64,000 nt of DNA from Tubulanus polymorphus (Eukaryota; Animalia; Nemertea): the NCBI RefSeq assembly GCF_964204645.1, contig NC_134025.1, forward strand, positions 4,464,001 to 4,528,000, given 5' to 3'. This document shows, piece after piece, positions 57,489-64,000 of this stretch. Both the position numbers and the translations under genes were made by a program. Within the stretch, counting starts at the first letter, position 1. The number at the start of each line of letters is the position of its first letter. The notes beneath the pieces were generated by a model, which saw nothing but the letters and a program-made list of their open reading frames with translations, made no database searches and had not been told where the DNA came from.

Positions 57489-58761
57489 CAAGGGCGGATC
57501 CAGGTTCCACTGTCGAGGGTAGCACAACCTATAAAAAGGGCAATTTGAAACAAAAAGGGCATTTTGAAGCCAACAGGGCATTTTGAAGCAAAAAAGGGCA
57601 TTCTGAAATTTGGAAAATCTGCTTTTTGCTGCAATTTCCAAGCAATTAAAGTCCTAACACATAGTGCTTTCTAGCAAATTAGGCCTAACTGCTGCATTAA
57701 TCATTGTCATTGGGATGTAGTTTCCAAAAAAAGACAAAATCTTGTTTTTTTTTGTTTTAAAATCATCCACCTCGTCTTGTAAAAAATATATATTGCTATA
57801 GTCCCCTATTCTTGAATCGCACCGGGTTTTTGCCTTTCTTTCTGGCACAGGGGCTCGTTACGATAGCTGGGGGTCCAAAATCAAAGATTTGACCCAGTAT
57901 CCTAGGTACCACCTATAAAAAAAGACTTCTTTTTTTATAGGTGGTACCTAGGATACTGGGTCAAATCTTTGATTTTGGACCCCCAGCTATCGTGACGAGC
58001 CCCTGTGCTTTCTGGATAGTAAAATGTCGTACAGTACAGGAATGAGTGCAAAGATTTCACCCGAAATCCGTTCGTAATATTCCGCTTTTTTGAAGGAGCG
58101 CCACCTAGGGGTAACATGGACATGTTGACCCCCATCAAACTGACTTTAGACCGTTTGATATCGAACAAGTTATAAAGCACACAGCATCCTGGCGCAGCGG
58201 CGCTTGCTGATGTAACTGATGATGGTGATGATGATGATGAAGTTATCACCGACGCTGACATTTTCTGACGCTAACTAGTATGACCGCCGCGACACGGCCT
58301 TATGGACCGGACCAATTCAATTCAATTAAAAGACGCGTACCGGTAGATTTTTAACTTGTGAATGGTCGAACCCCATTATTCACAGTAACCAGTGATTTGG
58401 AGATTCTCGGAGCCTTCCTATTTATTTATCAATGAAATGACGGCACGAACTTCCAGATTTGCGCTAGTCCGTGCCAGGATTGGCGATTGCGATTTCCACC
58501 GATGTTATCTTTAATTAAGAAATTTTAAGTTTCAAATAGGATGCAGTACATCCATAGAATCTACGCGGAGAAAGAGACTATTATATTATTATCAGAGCTA
58601 AAAATTTCATTTTAAAGCTGTGGAATATGATAGAAGAATTTTATGTATGAAAAAAAGTGGAAAATATGTAATAATAATAATCAACAGCAGCAGCTTAAAA
58701 AAGGGCACAAGATTTTCGCGACGGTAGACGTGCCCTACGGTGACCGTCTGAATCCGCGCCT
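57489..58761. mobile_element. Older non-autonomous DNA transposon with nested insertions
   Basis: Degenerate TIRs caagggcggatccag / ctgaatccgcgcctg; repeated AAAAAGGGCA subterminal motifs at 57533-57600 and ~58697; no TSD recognised. Confidence 0.45.
57846..58007. mobile_element. 162-bp almost perfectly palindromic element with 8-bp TSD (hAT- or P-type MITE)
   Basis: CACAGGGG...CCCCTGTG, ~80-bp arms with one mismatch, TSD CTTTCTGG at 57838-57845 and 58008-58015. Confidence 0.92.
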
Positions 58762-60215
58762 GAGGAGGCCAAAGAAGAAGCTAATATAAACCAAAATGGA
58801 CATATTTAGGTCCATCCTCGCTTGCGCCATCAGTGGTCCGGTATCGCCACAGGCACAGGGGCTTGTAAACTGGCTCGGATTTTATTTCCGGGTTGTTGAT
58901 AATCTCGCGAGAATGGCGCTAAATTTTCATTTCTGCCTGTAACCGTATTGATGCGGCGGAAACCACTGCGCATGCGCAGCAACTTTCCGAAGTCCATCAG
59001 TTCACCTCTGTCTAGCCAAGACAATCACACTTCCAAGGAAAGTATCAATTTTTGAATGCGATGTGTACTTTGACAGTTCACCAGCGCCCAGAAGTTGCTG
59101 CGCATGCGCAATGGAACTAATGACATGAATTGAGCAAATGCATATAATTATAGCCCGCTATGGTTTCAAATACAGCATCACATTCAAAAATGATCCTTAA
59201 GATTTTTTATAGAGATGATTACCAGAGGGGCCTGAGGTACAAAAGTCAGAATTTTAGGGTATTTCTCCTCTAAAAAAGGATTTCCGGAATTTTAGGGGCT
59301 GTATGAACCATGTGACATGGAATTGTAACCAAGCATGGAGTAGAGCCCACGCACAGCAACTTTCAGGGAAAATGCCAGTTTACTAGGCCTCAAAATGTGA
59401 TTTAATATTTTATTATTTCAAACGATTTATTAACGAGTTTTAGCTCGTTAATGGAGAGGGAAATCGATGATAGAACCTTAAAATGATGAGTAAATACGAA
59501 TAAAGTTTTGGCGAGATTTGAAGACGTCCTGATCGTCAGAATGATTAAGTACAAATATCATAATGAATAAAATAGGTAATACGCGATAATTACAATATTA
59601 TTGCAATGATATAGAGAGATATGAGTAAGACTTGGATACAAATAATATCTGAACCAAATGGTAATATCTGAACCGGTTTCAACTAATATCTCATTTGAAA
59701 TCTAATACATCCAAAATTGATTTTGGATAAATGCATATACATGTATATACGTAGATATATAGGTAAATGTATATATATAGTAATTCTAAAAGCAAACATA
59801 AAGGTAATCGCTTAGATTCAAGATCCTTAAACATAGGCCTAAGTATAAAATCGCGAGACAGTTGAACTTACTTTAAAAAGGAGTAAATACAACTATATTT
59901 TTAACAAGTTGTTTACTTGAAGACGTACGAGTCAGAATGATTAGACTTTCTTCTCATGACACTCAGCTGGCCCATCACCAAGGGGCGGGTCAACAAACAA
60001 ACAAAACTTGCTGATTGGTCAGAACTAAGCTCAACTTCTCAAAAAGAATAGATTGATCTGTTAATTATTATATACATAGTAACTGTCTAGGCAGGAACGA
60101 GCGTGCTCAACAGGTACAAACATTGCTGGCTGACCAGTGAGACATGTAAAATTAATTGAATACTACTTAAAGGGAGCTGGGGACAGTGTCTAGTCTGGAA
60201 AGTTAAAACAAAAAA

Positions 60216-60644
60216 GGTAGGGCACACGAGCGTATATGTTTTTCGCCCGATCGCGGCAACTTTATAAATCGCCCGAAATCCATTTTTATCAACCAATAGG
60301 ATGCATTATTCTCTATTCCTATGTTATCCATTATAAAAGCGACTTTAAATGTATGTCCACTCTTGTACTGTTTTCCATGTGTTTTGATGTTAATATTTCA
60401 TTGCATGTCATTTCCTATGTAACTTGTATATTATACGGAGCAATAAAATTAAAGTTCAAGTTCAAGTTCAAGTTGTTGATATCACGTGATTTGGTAATTC
60501 TCTCCCACGAAGCGCCAGACGCTGACCGAATTTCGGTCTGATCGCTGTGCCCGCTCGTATCGGGCATATTAGTTCGGCGGCAAATTCGCTGGCGAATTTA
60601 ATCGTCGCGATCGGGCGAAAAAAATATGCTTGTGTGTCCCTTCC
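60216..60644. mobile_element. MITE interrupted by a retroposon 3' fragment
   Basis: TIRs ggtagggcacacgagcgtatatgtttttcgcccgatcgcg / cgcgatcgggcgaaaaaaatatgcttgtgtgtcccttcc; internal AT-rich segment ending AATAAA..(AAGTTC)n at ~60442-60474. Confidence 0.7.
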
Positions 60645-60861
60645 TTAAATTCTCAAACAGGTTGACACTGCAGAAACTTGAAGCGATTATGAATTATGTT
60701 AACCGGTGGTGTGTGAATGAAAAATGATATCTTCTGTGATGATAATTGTTGATTTTTTGAGAAAAAAATGTAACTAAGTTTGAAATGATAAAATACTAAA
60801 TCACAGTTTGGGGCCTAATATAGTGGTTAATGCAGCTGGCATTTTCCCTGATAATAGGTGT

Positions 60862-63800
60862 ACCAATATTGGTTCAATATTTTACCGTTACCAATGAGTA
60901 AGAACATATTTATCTATAAGTTTGTAAAGGTGTGTGATAATTTACCAACTTAGAATTAATGTTATCGATACAACTTTTGTATAGAAATAGAATATACTTA
61001 AATTTTTGAATAAAAAATATTATTTCGTTGTTTTTCTTTCTTACTGTACATATCACGTGGAAAGAGGTACTTGGGGAGATGAAACCAGTACTGTAGATCA
61101 TCAGAACGCGTAAAGATATCTTGCATTATTTACCCAGACTGCGTAAGCTGTAGGTGGATTACAACCAGTAGTGTTCGTCTGACTATCACAACTCGTCTAG
61201 CAAACCGGCATACTGTCGGTACCCGAATCACAACTGAGAATGTTCTTTAATCCACTATACCAAGCCGGATAACTGTGCTGGTCCACTGGGAAAATCTGTT
61301 TCAGACTACAGACGAAATGGTTTTGGCTAAAATCTATTGACCAAAATACAGATGATCTATAAAGAAACCATAGCTAACAACCATCACATGCATGTGACCC
61401 CTATAAGTTCATTATAACTACAGGTAATCTTAACTCCAGTAATGATCTGCTATCTTAGCTTAGAATACCTCAACTCAAAGATCTTAGTAAAATTCTATTA
61501 TCTACGAGCATGACTGAAAATTAGTTGAAATATACATCACCGTTACAGTACTTTAATCTCAGATATGAATATTCATATTAGAGGATTTTATAACGAGGTG
61601 TGTCTTTCGAGTGTCTTTCTATAATATAAGTATTACACTAACTATCCATATGTTATAGCTTGTAACATGTTCCATAGGAATGCTTACATATGTAACTGGA
61701 TACTGATGTATCTTGGTCTAGCCATTCATTTTTACCTCACAAGCAAGTCAGGAAGGAGCACCTACGCGTTGATTATTTAAGTGTGGCTCAACAGCTGAGG
61801 TTATCACATCAGAGAAAACAATTCCTTAACTCAATGTATACTATATAATGCATTAAATCACGCCATGATCCATATTTCTTGCAACTGAGGTCCTGTAAAG
61901 ATGTAGCAATCTTCACCAATTGGCAGGATACAAATTCCTATATCTGCTATTAAACCAATTTTCAGCTGTTTGAAACTGGATGAAGCAATTCTATTGAAAC
62001 ATCCTCTTCACTGCAAAAACCATGCAGAGTTGAAAATCATACCAATACGCATACACAGCCAGAATATCAAGTAAAACGAACACAAATGTAAATTTGATGT
62101 ATATTGCTTTTATTATTCATTCTGGAACCTACAGTAGGTGAACAACTGTGAGGGAAGATGAATGCTACCACAGAAATGTAGCGCGTTCAGCCATTAAACC
62201 TTTCAGGTCATACCACACAGTACTTCACCACAAGCTACCCCTAGGAACAAGTACTACTATACACTTTTCCAGTTCCCCCTGGAAGTTACACTTGAAGTAT
62301 TCTTTGCATAATTCAAAAATATACAATATTCACTGTTCGATTCATCAAAATATTTTTCTATTAGTGAAATATTTGTTGAGTCTTGAATGATGCTGAATCT
62401 AGCTAGAAAAAAAAAGATTTCTGTAAGATGTTTCCTTGCTCCATCGAAAATTAGTAAGGGTGTGTGCACTCGCCAAGATTCATCATCAGATCAGCCCCAA
62501 AGAATCCTAGAGAAAATACTTCAAACCAACTTCCCTGACTTAAGATTGCTACGCTGCCTAGCAGATCGTTCAATACATAATTTTCGGGTAATGATTTTGT
62601 GTAAAACAATTTTCGAAGGAATAAATAAGAGTCAACAGTAAAAAATCTTTACAAAAACAAAATCAATTTTTCAATCACAAATCCTTTTCCGAAAACTCGA
62701 GGGGGAATGGAAGAAAACGTAACCTAATGCATGACAGATAGATAGATATAAATTAGCATTTTGTATACAAATTATCTACAGTGCATCTTTTTTCTAGACG
62801 GAAAGATCTACATTAGCGGATGTGAAATATTGCGCGGGTATATCTGCAGGACAGTGTCTCAAAAACTGAGGCTTACCTAGCTGACAAAATATAAGTCGGC
62901 ACACATTGAGAAAACACAAAGCAAGAGTTAAAAGCTACGAGATTTCTACAGCAGTCAACAGAGCACTTATTTAAGTACAAAAACATCCCAAAACAGAATA
63001 ACAATTGAACTTCCAATTGGAGACTAGACAATAATATCGAGTATCAAATTGTCTTTCACTTTTTTATTCTTATCATTTACTTTAAGATACGAAGCATAAC
63101 TAAGAGATACAAGCAGCTAAATGTAATAAATAGATGAGAAGAGATTTGGCAAGACGAACAGTGTAGACATGATTATAATGGTTTAGTTTATAGCACCAAT
63201 ATAGTTTCGTCAATATATCCATCAATCATGGACACAGTTTCATCTTTTGGCAATAATTGCATTGTTCGTTCAAGTGTACAGTAAACTGCGGTTCATTGAA
63301 ACCTCGCATAAATGTGTAGTATACAATCGTGCATTTCTTCTACAATTCTAAATTCTGGGTTACGTATCAATCAAATCTACTTGATATAATTAATCGTCCC
63401 TGGATTACGAGTGTTTAATTGCTATATGCATAGACATTTCACAATTCATCATCATGTTTGCTACATAAATCATAAACAGATTCATTTACTCGAATACTGT
63501 ATAAAACTCAATGATTCCTAGTCTTTCTTGATTACTTTCATGTAATGTATTGACTGATACAAAAATTTCTATAAACAGGTAATGGAAGATTATATTTTGA
63601 TCACAAGTTTCCCTCTTTAGTTGATATTTTTCATCAATCATTCCTTATACCGGTAAGAAAAGAAAATAATATCCAAACGAATAAGACACAACACCTACAA
63701 AGTTTAGATGAAGATTTAGCTCTTAATGTTACCTTAATTCTATCCAATCTTCAGAGAAAATAAAACTCTCTTAAACAAATTTTCCAGAAACTCAATGGTA

Positions 63801-64000
63801 CTCTCGAAACCATTTCATTGATGAAAACTTTGAAATTGAACAAATTGTTGGCCTAACGAAAGAGCAAGCCATTTGCTGGTAGCTAGTGAAAAAGTTTCAA
63901 TATCTCAATTGGAAGTTCATTAGCCAGCAAGTGTAGCCACTCATGAGAGGAAAAAAATCTGTACATAATGATTATAATAATATATCAGAGCATTATCAAA
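60862..64000. repeat. Segmental duplication copy 2: probable 3' UTR/downstream flank of a second alpha-actinin gene lying right of the window
   Basis: Collinear with 36826-38660; runs to the window edge ~500 bp short of the position equivalent to the stop codon at 39155. Confidence 0.9.

Noticed and set aside
57533-57610. Repeated AAAAGGGCATTTTGAAGC units resembling a CRISPR-like array
   Set aside because: No unique spacers and eukaryotic context; best explained as transposon subterminal repeats

Overview
AT-rich, intron-rich animal (invertebrate-like) genomic window with four recognisable protein-coding genes. (1) The 5' part of a Trio/Kalirin RhoGEF on the minus strand (32602 to 2979; Sec14, spectrin repeats, DH1-PH1; probably continues left of the window) with candidate alternative first exons. 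(2) LSm5 (+, head-to-head with Trio) with a U12-type intron. (3) A MOSC-domain mARC-like molybdoenzyme (+). (4) A heavily rearranged alpha-actinin (-, 55962 to 39155), the most unusual object here. Spectrin repeats 2-3 are deleted in frame inside one exon (SR1 fused to SR4, ~678 aa), and the C-terminal ESDL is lost by a 1-nt frameshift. A ~7.2 kb internal tandem duplication repeats the actin-binding-domain exons in compatible phase, so an ABD-ABD-SR1-SR4-EF protein is possible. Its 3' UTR/downstream region is repeated at 60862-64000, implying a second alpha-actinin copy just right of the window. Introns and intergenic DNA carry many MITEs (a 162-bp fold-back with 8-bp TSD, 27-48 bp CATGGAC elements with 7-bp TSDs), a 5'-truncated LINE and microsatellites. 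All gene models were built by eye from GT-AG sites and recalled family sequences; no expression data or database searches were available.
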